Source: Usitatibacter sp.
GTDB taxonomy: Bacteria > Pseudomonadota > Gammaproteobacteria > Burkholderiales > Usitatibacteraceae
Reading direction: 5' to 3'
DNA: 64,000 nucleotides
Assembly: GCA_035626705.1 (NCBI GenBank)
Contig: DASPNE010000005.1
Span: forward strand, 45,929 to 109,928
The stretch's first letter is position 1. The number at the start of each line of letters is the position of its first letter. The notes beneath the pieces are model-generated. The model saw only the letters and a program-made list of their open reading frames with translations, was not told where the DNA came from and ran no database searches. The position numbers and the translations under genes were made by a program. Shown in pieces: positions 36,266-44,307 of this stretch.

Positions 36266-37087
36266 ATGACTCTCCTTGTGTGTTGGGCTGGCATTGACCC
36301 TCATGGGACATCCTCCCTTTATATTGCAAGTGACAGCCGACTTTCCTGGGACAAGTCGACCGTCTTCGACTCGGGTCGCAAGGTCTTTGCATTTTCTGGA
36401 TGGCCTGACATTCTTGGCTATTGCGGGGACGTTCTCTTCCCGTCGCTGGCACTCAATCAGATCGTCAACTTGGCGGACGCCGGTCTCCTGTTTGCCCCGA
36501 ATTTCTCTCCGAAGCAGAAGTTTCAAGCGATTGTCGACAAGCTTAACGACCTCGTCGCGGACTACCCAGCCGCGCGCGCGGGTTTGGCGGTGAACAAGCT
36601 GACGATCGTTCATGGATCGCGCGATCCTCATGCAAAGGGCGTCTTCTTCTGCCATTCGATCTCTTGGGCGAATGGAAAATGGGGAGGGGAGGAGAAGCAG
36701 ATGCCCGCTGCGTCGGATGTCCTATTTGTGGAGGGGACCGGCGCACGCGCTTTCAATGAAAACCTTGTTCGGTATCGAGATGGACCAAACAGGAGGACCA
36801 GTCGTGCGGTTTTTCATTGCTTCTGTGATGCCCTCGCACATCCGGTGGATTACACGGTGGGAGGACCTCCCCAACTCGTTGGATTAATTCGGAATCCAGA
36901 CTCTGCCGCGCTCACGTTTGGAGTCGTTTATGAGGGAAAGCGGACATTTTTGGGGGCTCATGTCGACAACCTGAGAAGCTTTGATAAAGTGCAGTGGCGG
37001 AACGCCAACTTTGAGCTCTGCGACGGCCGCACTTTGAAGAAGCTTCCAAATGCACAACCACAGCCTGACCCCTTGCGCAGGTTGTGA
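36266..37087 (+). CDS. Hypothetical protein; candidate N-terminal-nucleophile (proteasome/HslV-like) hydrolase
   Basis: 273 aa. MTLLVCWAGIDPHGTSSLYIASDSRLSWDKSTVFDSGRKVFAF has Thr directly after Met, a beta-strand, A-x-D-S-R, and a Lys 16 residues after the Asp. This is the same D-to-K spacing as proteasome beta D17/K33. Confidence 0.6.
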   Translation: MTLLVCWAGIDPHGTSSLYIASDSRLSWDKSTVFDSGRKVFAFSGWPDILGYCGDVLFPSLALNQIVNLADAGLLFAPNFSPKQKFQAIVDKLNDLVADYPAARAGLAVNKLTIVHGSRDPHAKGVFFCHSISWANGKWGGEEKQMPAASDVLFVEGTGARAFNENLVRYRDGPNRRTSRAVFHCFCDALAHPVDYTVGGPPQLVGLIRNPDSAALTFGVVYEGKRTFLGAHVDNLRSFDKVQWRNANFELCDGRTLKKLPNAQPQPDPLRRL

Positions 37088-37137
37088 AAGAGCAACTCCC
37101 TGGACTCCGGAAACGGAGGGCGAGGTGCTGTCGGGAG

Positions 37138-37155
37138 CAGATGCCTAGGCATCTG
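37138..37155. repeat. Perfect 18-bp palindrome near the right island end
   Basis: CAGATGCCTAGGCATCTG reads identically on both strands. It lies 50 bp after the last island gene and 190 bp before attR. Confidence 0.7.
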
Positions 37156-37345
37156 TTCCCTACTCAGGGTTAGCGAGCGCTCTAGGCAGCGGAAGTTGCC
37201 CGCGGATGGTGAGGGCTCGGGACGGATTGGCTAGCAAGACTTCTGCAAGGCCTTGTGGAACACTGTCGATCGCTGTAGAGCAGAACTGATGCAACGGGCA
37301 GCTCTGCGAGGGTTGTGAATCAATGACTTACCCTTGGTTCAAACC

Positions 37346-37390
37346 CTACGAACCAGGGGGTCGTGGGTTCAAATCCTGCCGGGCGCGCCA
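37346..37390 (+). repeat. attR core: duplicate of the 3' 45 nt of tRNA-Arg
   Basis: Identical to 24199-24243. The preceding sequence (..GGTTCAAACC) does not continue the tRNA, so this is a remnant and not a second tRNA gene. Confidence 0.9.
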
Positions 37391-37397
37391 GAATTGC

Positions 37398-37433
37398 AAG
37401 GGCTTGGTTTCGAAAACCAAGCCCTTTTTTGTT
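37398..37433 (+). terminator. Intrinsic terminator (the presumed original tRNA-Arg terminator)
   Basis: AAGGGCTTGGTTT-CGA-AAACCAAGCCCTT (13-bp stem) followed by TTTTGTT. Confidence 0.85.
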
Positions 37434-37554
37434 CGCGCCGGGCGTGCGAGCACGGTCATGCCGGTGGATAGGAGTGCAAGGAGGTGTGGGACCGCCACCT
37501 CATGCGCTCGCGCGTTTAGGCTAGACTCGCCCTTCTTCCCACCGGAGGCCACCC

Positions 37555-37821
37555 ATGGACGTGAGCACCGACAAGCTGGTACAGGACTTGCGCACCGTCG
37601 TCGCCGATGCCGAGGAGCTCCTCAAGGCCACGGCCGAGAACACCGGCGAATCCGTCATGCGCGCGCGGGCGCGGGCCGAAGAGTCGTTGCGCTCCGCGCG
37701 CGTCACGCTGCAGAACGCTGGCGTGCGCATCGAGGACGAGGTCCGAAAGCATCCGTGGCAATCCCTGGGTGTCGCCGCGTGCGCGGGGCTCATCCTCGGC
37801 GTGCTGATCGCGCGCAAGTAG
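37555..37821 (+). CDS. yqjD: YqjD/ElaB-family (DUF883) membrane-anchored stress protein
   Basis: 88 aa. DKLVQDLRTVVADAEELLKATAENTGE...VRKHPWQSLGVAACAGLILGVLIARK is the typical DUF883 layout with a C-terminal TM helix. Confidence 0.88.
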   Translation: MDVSTDKLVQDLRTVVADAEELLKATAENTGESVMRARARAEESLRSARVTLQNAGVRIEDEVRKHPWQSLGVAACAGLILGVLIARK

Positions 37822-37827
37822 CCTGCC

Positions 37828-38187
37828 ATGCGGTTGCTGCAATCGGCGCAGGCCCTCCTTGCCGATGCGTTGGCCCTCGGCCGCACGCGGCTCGAGCTCT
37901 TCAGCACGGAGATGCAGCTCGAGCTGGCGCGACTCTTCTTCGCGCTCCTCGCCGGCATGGCGGTCCTGCTGCTGGTGGTGGGTGCCGTGGCTTTCGCCGG
38001 CATTTCGCTCATCGTCTCGCTGGCGCCCGAGAACCGCGCGTTCGCCGCCGGCCTGATCGCGCTCGGCTTTTTCGTCCTGGCCGCCGCGGGGGCGTACTTC
38101 GTCCGCAAGCTCGCGAAAGCGCGGGCCCGGCCGTTCGATGCGAGCCTCAAGGAGCTCGAGCGCGACCTGCACGCGCTCAAGCCATGA
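37828..38187 (+). CDS. yqjE: YqjE-like (DUF1469, phage-holin-family) membrane protein
   Basis: 119 aa with two TM helices. LGRTRLELFSTEMQLELARL is the family's N-terminal motif. Conserved position after yqjD. Confidence 0.8.
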   Translation: MRLLQSAQALLADALALGRTRLELFSTEMQLELARLFFALLAGMAVLLLVVGAVAFAGISLIVSLAPENRAFAAGLIALGFFVLAAAGAYFVRKLAKARARPFDASLKELERDLHALKP

Positions 38188-38444
38188 TGGGAAAACTGCG
38201 CAACCTGGAGCAGCGCCGCGACATCCTGGTCCGGCGTTCCATCGCGCAGCGGGCGCTCGTTTCGCTACGCGTCCAGCCTGCGGCGAAAGGCCTCGGCGCG
38301 GTGGATCGCGCCATCGCCTTTGCGCGCGCGCATCCCGTTTTGACAGGCGCAGCCGCGGCAGGCCTTGTCCTCATCGGTCCCCGCTTCATCGCGCGCTGGC
38401 TACTTCGCGCGGCGCCGCTCTATTCGCTGATCCGTCGCCTGTAG
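38184..38444 (+). CDS. yqjK: YqjK-like protein
   Basis: 86 aa. ATGA overlap with the yqjE stop. MMGKLRNLEQRRDILVRRSIAQRALV... completes the yqjD-E-K order known from E. coli. Confidence 0.7.
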   Translation: MMGKLRNLEQRRDILVRRSIAQRALVSLRVQPAAKGLGAVDRAIAFARAHPVLTGAAAAGLVLIGPRFIARWLLRAAPLYSLIRRL

Positions 38445-38467
38445 CAGGCCCTTCCGGAGAGACTCTC

Positions 38468-39274
38468 GTGTCGCCAAATATCAACAACATCGTCCTGGCC
38501 GCCGTGACGGCCCTGGCCCTGGCCGGCTGCGCCACCCGCAGCATCCACAGCGCCGGGCCGGGCAACTATCCCGAGCGCAACGAAGTGCCCATCGCCGCCA
38601 ATTTCCCCACCTCCAACCAGCTCAAGCTGCAGGCCGCCGAGCACTGGCGCCGCGTGGCGCAGGAGTCGGCCGAGGCGCTGGTGAAGGGCCTGCCGCGCGG
38701 AGGCCTGCTGCATCTTCGCCGCAGCTGCAACGCGAGCGGCTGCGCGCCGAGGGCGTGCGAGACCACGTTCACGCGCGTGTTCCACAACGATTTCCTGACC
38801 GCGCTGGTAGGCCTGGGCTACCAGGTGACCGAAGCGCCGGCCGCGAACGCGCTGATCGTGGATGTCGATGCACAGGCCGTGGCCTTCGCCCCGAACCGGC
38901 CGCAGTATCGTTACGCGGGCCGCGCGGTCCAACTGGGGCCGGGCCTGTGGGCGTTGGGAGATACCAGCTCGCTGATCGACCCGCAAGGCGCGGAGGCGCG
39001 ACGCACCGCCGGGTGGGACACGAACTGGTTTCGCACCGAGTTCGCGGCCGGGCCCACGCCACGCAACGAGCTCGTGGTCACGGTATCGGCGATGACCCCG
39101 GCCCAGGCGTACGTCGCACGCAGCACGCGCGTCTACTACACCGCCGATGCCGACGCAGGGCACTATTTCTGTGGCGGGCAGGATCCCGCGCGCGCGCGGA
39201 CGTGGACCATTCCCGTGGTGGGCGAATGCTCGCCGGGCCGGTGCGTCGAGGCGGCCCCGGGAAGGCGACAGTGA
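38468..39274 (+). CDS. Lipoprotein, unknown function
   Basis: GTG 38468 after GGAGAG. VSPNINNIVLAAVTALALAGCAT is a signal peptide with the lipobox LAGC. 268 aa. Confidence 0.7.
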   Translation: MSPNINNIVLAAVTALALAGCATRSIHSAGPGNYPERNEVPIAANFPTSNQLKLQAAEHWRRVAQESAEALVKGLPRGGLLHLRRSCNASGCAPRACETTFTRVFHNDFLTALVGLGYQVTEAPAANALIVDVDAQAVAFAPNRPQYRYAGRAVQLGPGLWALGDTSSLIDPQGAEARRTAGWDTNWFRTEFAAGPTPRNELVVTVSAMTPAQAYVARSTRVYYTADADAGHYFCGGQDPARARTWTIPVVGECSPGRCVEAAPGRRQ

Positions 39275-39816
39275 TGCGCCTGCCCCTTCTCGCCGCCGCG
39301 ACTTTGGTCGCCGGCTGCGCCACCTGGGCGCCGGAAGGCGAAGCGGTTCCGGCCTCCGTCTTCGGCGCCAACTACCTCGCGGCGGACGCGCTCGTGGCAG
39401 GCGGCCGAGCGCAGCTCGATCCCACTCGCCCGATCATCGTCGCCACGGTAGTGGACATCGACGACCTCGAGCGATCGTCCACGCTCGGGCGTTTCCTTTC
39501 GGAAAGCGTTTCGGCGCGCTTCACGCAGAACGGCTTCCGCATGGTGGAGATGAAGTTCCAGAACGCGGTGTACATGAAGCGCCAGGAGGGCGAGCTCATG
39601 CTCGCGCGCGAGTTGCGCGAGATAGCCACCTCCCACCAGGCGCAGGCGGTGGTCGTGGGAACCTACAGCCGTGCGGCCTCGGCCGTGTTCGTGAACCTCA
39701 AGGTGGTCCGGCCCGAGAGCAATGTCGTGATTGCCGCCCAGGAGTACTCGCTGCCCATGGGGCGCGACATCTGCGTCATGATCGGCCGGCGCGATTGCGA
39801 CGACTACTACCGATAG
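39274..39816 (+). CDS. FlgO-like outer-membrane lipoprotein
   Basis: ATG 39274 overlaps the upstream TGA. MRLPLLAAATLVAGCAT (lipobox). IIVATVVDIDDLERSSTLGRFLSESVSARFTQNGFRMVE resembles the FlgO/TolB-N-like family. Confidence 0.65.
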   Translation: MRLPLLAAATLVAGCATWAPEGEAVPASVFGANYLAADALVAGGRAQLDPTRPIIVATVVDIDDLERSSTLGRFLSESVSARFTQNGFRMVEMKFQNAVYMKRQEGELMLARELREIATSHQAQAVVVGTYSRAASAVFVNLKVVRPESNVVIAAQEYSLPMGRDICVMIGRRDCDDYYR

Positions 39817-39829
39817 CGGCGCACGCGCC

Positions 39830-41116
39830 TCACAGCAGCTCGTTCCACAAATAAAAGAAGTGCTCCTTCACGCGCGGCACCCAGCCGCGCTTCTCCCATT
39901 CCTTCGCATCGACTTCCGTGCAGACCTTCGCGTCGCGCTCGAAGATGGCCTCCATCTTCTTCGCGAACGGCTCGCCGACGATGCCCAGGGTGATCTCGTC
40001 GTTGATCTCGAAGGCGCGGTCGTCGAAGTTGGTGCTGCCCACGGCGCTCCACGCCCCGTCCACGACCATGGTCTTCTGGTGCAATAGCGTGGTCGGGTAC
40101 TCGAAGATGCGAACGCCTGCCGCCAGCAGCCGCGAAAAGTTGCGATGCGCCGCGATCTGCACCAGCGGCATGTCGGAGGCTTCCTTGGTCGGCACCATCA
40201 CGCGCACGTCCACGCCGCGCCCGACCGCCCTGCGCATCGCGTCGATGGCGTCGGGCTCCGGAAGGAAATAGGGGTTCTGGATCCACAGGCGCTTCTTCGC
40301 CGTGGCGATCGCCATGTGGTGCAGGATCTTCACCGCCGGCGCCGAGCCTTCGGGCTTGACCCGCGCGACGTGCACGTTGAGGTCGCCGCAGGGCTGCATC
40401 TTCGGGAAGTAATCCTCGCCCGCGAAAAGCTCGCCCGTGACCTCGACCCAGTTCTCGCTGAAGGCCGATTGCACCTGGTGCACGGCGGGGCCACAAAGGC
40501 GCACGGAGATGTCGTGGTAGGGCTTGCTGCCGTAGCCCGAGCCGCCCCATTCGTCGACCACGCAATGCCCGCCAACGAAGGCGATGCGGCCGTCGATCAC
40601 GAGGATCTTGCGATGGTCGCGCTCGTTCATCACGCCGATGTTGCGCAGCTTCCAGGGATGGAAGCGCGCGAACTTCACCCCGGCGCCCACGAGCTTTTCG
40701 CAGGCGCTGTCGCCCATGCCCTTGCACCCGTTGGCATCGACGACGACGCGCACGGTGACGCCCTGCCTCGCCTTCGCGCACAGCCTCTCGACGAGTTTTT
40801 CGCCCAGCTTGCCTTCCTTCCAGAGGAAGACCTCGAGGTGCACGCTTCTTTCGGCGTTGTCGATGGCCTGCATGATCGCCTCGAAGAAGTCGCCGTCCTC
40901 GAGGATGTCCACGGAGTTGCCCTCGGCCTCCATGCCATGGGTGAGGCCGGCCAGCGAGGGGACGAGGTCCTGGATCGGGGCATCGCAATCGACGTGGATG
41001 CGCGGGTCGCGGTGGCGCTTGATCGACCAGATGAAGGTGACCAGCACCGCGGTAAGCAGCACCAGGAAGGCGCAGGCGATCGCGAGCGTCGCCTGCGAAG
41101 GCAGCCAGTCGATCAC
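39830..41116 (-). CDS. cls: Phospholipase D-family cardiolipin synthase
   Basis: 428 aa. N-terminal TM helix and two HKD motifs (HRKILVIDGRIAFVGG and LHQKTMVVDGAWSAVGSTNFD). The GTG start overlaps the upstream stop (GTGA). Confidence 0.9.
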   Translation of the reverse strand: MIDWLPSQATLAIACAFLVLLTAVLVTFIWSIKRHRDPRIHVDCDAPIQDLVPSLAGLTHGMEAEGNSVDILEDGDFFEAIMQAIDNAERSVHLEVFLWKEGKLGEKLVERLCAKARQGVTVRVVVDANGCKGMGDSACEKLVGAGVKFARFHPWKLRNIGVMNERDHRKILVIDGRIAFVGGHCVVDEWGGSGYGSKPYHDISVRLCGPAVHQVQSAFSENWVEVTGELFAGEDYFPKMQPCGDLNVHVARVKPEGSAPAVKILHHMAIATAKKRLWIQNPYFLPEPDAIDAMRRAVGRGVDVRVMVPTKEASDMPLVQIAAHRNFSRLLAAGVRIFEYPTTLLHQKTMVVDGAWSAVGSTNFDDRAFEINDEITLGIVGEPFAKKMEAIFERDAKVCTEVDAKEWEKRGWVPRVKEHFFYLWNELL

Positions 41117-41703
41117 TTTTCGAGCTTCTCGTCTTCGCTCTTGGCCTGCGCCATGGCCTCGGGCTCGAGCTCCTCGGCCGAGCGGTTCAGCCGCACGAAC
41201 ACCCCCCAGCCCGCGAGGAGCAGGCCGACGGCGGCGACCAGGCTCGCCGCAAACGGCAACTGCGATGGGTCCTCGCGCAAGGCCTTTACCGTGGCGATCA
41301 GGGCTTCCACCGAAAGCGCCACCACGATGACGACCAGGAAGCGGGAAAGAAAGCGGCGCACGCGGGTGGGCCCGCTCACGTGGGCCTCACGGATCACCTC
41401 CTCCTCGGCGACCGTCTGCGCTATCTGCAGGGCGACCACCGCCACGGCCGCAATGCCCATCATCTGGATCACCTCCAGGGCGGCATTTTCGTCGAGGCCG
41501 TGCGCGATCACCCGTATCGCCATCCGGACCGTGACGACGATGAGCACGACCGAGGCCAGCACGAAAAGAATCGCAAGGAGCGCGTGCACGGCGGCGAAAC
41601 CGCGCAGCACCGCGCGGGTCAAAAGGCTGGCACCCCCCTCGTCGTCGTGGCGGACGACTCGCCTGGGAGGCGGGTCGCGGGGACCTTCGGGTTTGCGCGG
41701 CAT
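41113..41703 (-). CDS. Membrane protein, unknown function (4 TM; possibly PsiE-like)
   Basis: 196 aa with four hydrophobic helices and an acidic C-terminal tail. Translationally coupled to cls. The family assignment is tentative. Confidence 0.6.
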   Translation of the reverse strand: MPRKPEGPRDPPPRRVVRHDDEGGASLLTRAVLRGFAAVHALLAILFVLASVVLIVVTVRMAIRVIAHGLDENAALEVIQMMGIAAVAVVALQIAQTVAEEEVIREAHVSGPTRVRRFLSRFLVVIVVALSVEALIATVKALREDPSQLPFAASLVAAVGLLLAGWGVFVRLNRSAEELEPEAMAQAKSEDEKLEK

Positions 41704-41751
41704 GCGCCTTCGAGCCGCACGGGGGCGAAAAATTCACTCGAGGAGACGGTA

Positions 41752-42333
41752 ATGGCGCAGAAACGCAAGGTCGCAGTCATCGTGGGCAGCATCCGCAAGG
41801 GCTCCTTCAGCCGCATGGTGGCGAAGGCGATGTGCGGGCTCGCGCCCGGCCTGGAATGCGAGATCGTCGAGATCGCGCAGCTTTCGATGTACAACCAGGA
41901 CCTGGACGAGAACCCCCCGGCGGAGTGGGTCGCGTTCAAGGACCGGATCAAGGCGGCCGACGCCGTGCTCTTCGTGACGCCGGAATACAACCGTTCCATG
42001 CCCGGCGTGCTCAAGAACGCGATCGACGTGGCCTCGCGTCCCTATGGCAAGAGCGCCTGGGCGAAGAAGCCCTGCGCCGTGGTGAGCGTGACGCCGGGCG
42101 CCCTCGGGGCCTTCGGCGCCAACCACCATTTGCGCCAATCGCTCGTGTTCCTCGACATGCCGGCGATGCAGCAACCCGAGGCGTACGTGAGCAACATCTC
42201 CAGGTCACTGGACGACAAGGGCTCGCTCTCCAGCGACGAAACGCGCGAGTTCCTGCGCAAGTTCATGGAGGCGTTCTCGAGCTGGATCGAAGCCAACACC
42301 GCGCCCGCGCCCGGCGCGGCCAAGGCGGCCTGA
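41752..42333 (+). CDS. NADPH-dependent FMN reductase (ChrR/YieF-like)
   Basis: ATG 41752 after GGAGACGG. KVAVIVGSIRKGSFSR...ADAVLFVTPEYNRSMPGVLKNAIDVASRP is the flavodoxin-like FMN-reductase signature. Confidence 0.88.
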   Translation: MAQKRKVAVIVGSIRKGSFSRMVAKAMCGLAPGLECEIVEIAQLSMYNQDLDENPPAEWVAFKDRIKAADAVLFVTPEYNRSMPGVLKNAIDVASRPYGKSAWAKKPCAVVSVTPGALGAFGANHHLRQSLVFLDMPAMQQPEAYVSNISRSLDDKGSLSSDETREFLRKFMEAFSSWIEANTAPAPGAAKAA

Positions 42334-42337
42334 GCTT

Positions 42338-43840
42338 TCAGCGGCAAACGGTAGCCGGCGTCGCGTACACCTGGCGCGTTATCGCCTTGGATTGCGTCAC
42401 GCCGCCTACCGTGTAGGTGAAGGTCCCGTTGTCGGCCCCCGAAAAAGTGAAGGTCGCGGTGCCGACGGCCGTGGCGACCACCCCGGAAGACATCCACGGC
42501 GAAGTGTTGAAGGCGGGGCCTGTCGTGCGATAGAGCTCGCCCGAGTAGGTGCCGGGGGCCGTGCGTGCGCCTCCGGACATCACGAGCCACATCCCTCGCC
42601 CGTCCGTGTCGTAGGTGAACCAGGTCGCGAAGAGGATTTCGCCCTGGTGCGTGATGTTCACTCCCCAACCCGACTCCGCTCCGGAGGGCGATGCCCACCA
42701 CAGCGCCTGGTAATTCGGGGTGGCGCCGGCGCTGGTGGAAGTCGAGCATTCCGGCACGGGCGAAGCGTAAACCTGCCGCGTGATCGGCTTCGATTGCGAG
42801 ATCCCGTTCACCGTATACGCGAAGGTGCCGTTGCTCGTGTCGGTGAAGGTGAAGCTGCCGGTCCCGACCTCGGTGACGCCCACCTGTGCCGGGTTGAAAG
42901 GCGTCGCGCTGAAGGCGGGCCCTGTCGTGCGATAGAGCTTGCCGGAGTAGGCGCCGGGCGCGGTGCGGGTGCCCGCCGACATGACGAGCCACATTCCCCG
43001 GCCGTCGGTGTCGTAGGTGAACCAGGTTGCGAAGAGCGTATCGGACTGGTGCGTGATGTTCACGCCCCACCCGGACTCGGAGCCCGCGGGTGACCGCCAC
43101 CAGAGACCCTGGTAATTCGGCTGCGCGATCGCGGTCGCCGCGTTATGGCGATCGATGAAGCTCACGACCGCCGCGGAGAAGGCGCTTTCCTGGCCGTTGA
43201 AGAGGTGGAAGCCGCAGCCTGCATCGGTGCCGCCAGACAGCGACAGCCGTTCGCGCACGGGCGCCGCGGTGAGCGCGTTGTAGACCTGGTTGCCGAATTG
43301 TCCGGAGTCGCCCGAGTGGTAGACCACGAACGCCGGGCGGCGGATCTGCGCGAACGCCGAGCTGAAGGGTTGCGACGTCGAGTAGAACACCACCCCCACG
43401 GGAATGGATTCCGGCAGGGTGGCGGCCGCGAAGGCCACTGCAGCAGTCGAGGCGCTGCCGCCGATGATCCACACCGGCACGTCGTGGCGCGCGCGCACGT
43501 AGCGGACTACCTCGAGGATATCGGCGTACTCGCGCACCGAGCCGCTGCTGTGGGCATCGACGAACGCGATGCCGATGCCGGCGGCCGCGAACGCCTGGCG
43601 TTGGTGGTTCACCGGGCTGCAGGTGGCAGTCATGGTGCCCATGGAGCCGTCGGCCTGGATGCCGAAGACGCCGTCGCCGCCGGGCACGTGGACGAGGAAC
43701 GCGCGCGGCGCGTCGGGAACCACGTAGAGGATGCGCTGGCTGCCGCCGCGGCTGGGAATGTCGACGACGGATGTCGTGGTCGCGGCCAGCGCCGGGGAGG
43801 CCAAGGCCAGGAGGAGCGCTGCCAGATTCCTGATATCCAT
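42338..43840 (-). CDS. Secreted protein: alpha/beta-hydrolase-like N-domain + two copies of the same ~115-aa module as in 14505-16208
   Basis: Start at MDIRNLAALLLALASPALA (ATG 43840). The N-domain has ..VWIIGGSASTAAV... The two modules start YQGLWWRSPAGSESGWG.. and YQALWWASPSGAESGWG.., and their DNA (about 42350-42720 and 42760-43130) is visibly similar. Confidence 0.8.
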   Translation of the reverse strand: MDIRNLAALLLALASPALAATTTSVVDIPSRGGSQRILYVVPDAPRAFLVHVPGGDGVFGIQADGSMGTMTATCSPVNHQRQAFAAAGIGIAFVDAHSSGSVREYADILEVVRYVRARHDVPVWIIGGSASTAAVAFAAATLPESIPVGVVFYSTSQPFSSAFAQIRRPAFVVYHSGDSGQFGNQVYNALTAAPVRERLSLSGGTDAGCGFHLFNGQESAFSAAVVSFIDRHNAATAIAQPNYQGLWWRSPAGSESGWGVNITHQSDTLFATWFTYDTDGRGMWLVMSAGTRTAPGAYSGKLYRTTGPAFSATPFNPAQVGVTEVGTGSFTFTDTSNGTFAYTVNGISQSKPITRQVYASPVPECSTSTSAGATPNYQALWWASPSGAESGWGVNITHQGEILFATWFTYDTDGRGMWLVMSGGARTAPGTYSGELYRTTGPAFNTSPWMSSGVVATAVGTATFTFSGADNGTFTYTVGGVTQSKAITRQVYATPATVCR

Positions 43841-43888
43841 GGGCCGAGGTATAAAGGGATCCCGCAACCCTGGCAAGAGGAGCGTCCC

Positions 43889-44278
43889 TTGATTCGTCCC
43901 GCCTGCATCGCCTCCGCCCTCCTGGCCGCCAGCTCCCTGCACGCCCAGACGCTTGCCGACATTCGCGTTTCCGACGCCAAGGGTGGCGCGCAGAAGTCCG
44001 TTTTCAAGCCCGATACGCCGAAGGTGTTCGCGTCCGCCAAGGTGGCGGGCATCGCCCCGGGCAAGCCCCTGCGCTGCGACTGGATCGCGGTGAAAGTCGA
44101 GGGGGTTGCGCCCAACTACAAGATCGATTCCTGGGAAGGCAAGGGCGGGCCCGGCCAGAAGGACCTCACCTGCTCGTTCAGCAAGCCCACCGCCGGCTGG
44201 CCGGTCGGGGATTACCGCGTCGGTTTCTTCGTCGATGGCAAGGATGCCGGAAAGGCCACCTTCAGGGTGGTCAAATGA
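43889..44278 (+). CDS. Secreted hypothetical protein (129 aa)
   Basis: TTG 43889 after AAGAGGAG. Signal peptide (M)IRPACIASALLAASSLHAQT. Beta-rich. Confidence 0.55.
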   Translation: MIRPACIASALLAASSLHAQTLADIRVSDAKGGAQKSVFKPDTPKVFASAKVAGIAPGKPLRCDWIAVKVEGVAPNYKIDSWEGKGGPGQKDLTCSFSKPTAGWPVGDYRVGFFVDGKDAGKATFRVVK

Positions 44279-44307
44279 GGGCGGGCCGCTGCTAGAATCG
44301 TCGGGCA

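Larger units (their letters stand above)
24199..37390. mobile_element. Integrase-associated genomic island (~13.2 kb) in tRNA-Arg(ACG)
   Basis: A perfect 45-bp direct repeat (24199-24243 = 37346-37390) and a tyrosine integrase about 80 bp from the tRNA. G+C is lower by spot counts (about 48-58% in sampled 60-nt lines versus about 70% in the flanks). The cargo is unrelated to the backbone. Confidence 0.88.

Noticed and set aside
24199-37390. Island as a prophage or an integrative conjugative element
   Set aside because: No capsid, portal, terminase, tail, lysis, replication, relaxase, coupling-protein or T4SS genes are recognisable among the translations. Only the integrase and a TA pair are mobility- or maintenance-related. 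I also see no excisionase-like small HTH ORF next to int.
37323-38444. 373-aa + strand ORF starting inside the attR/tRNA remnant
   Set aside because: It crosses the att repeat and the intrinsic terminator, and lies out of frame over yqjD and yqjE. Only the last 86 codons (38184-38444, YqjK-like, ATGA-coupled) are credible.
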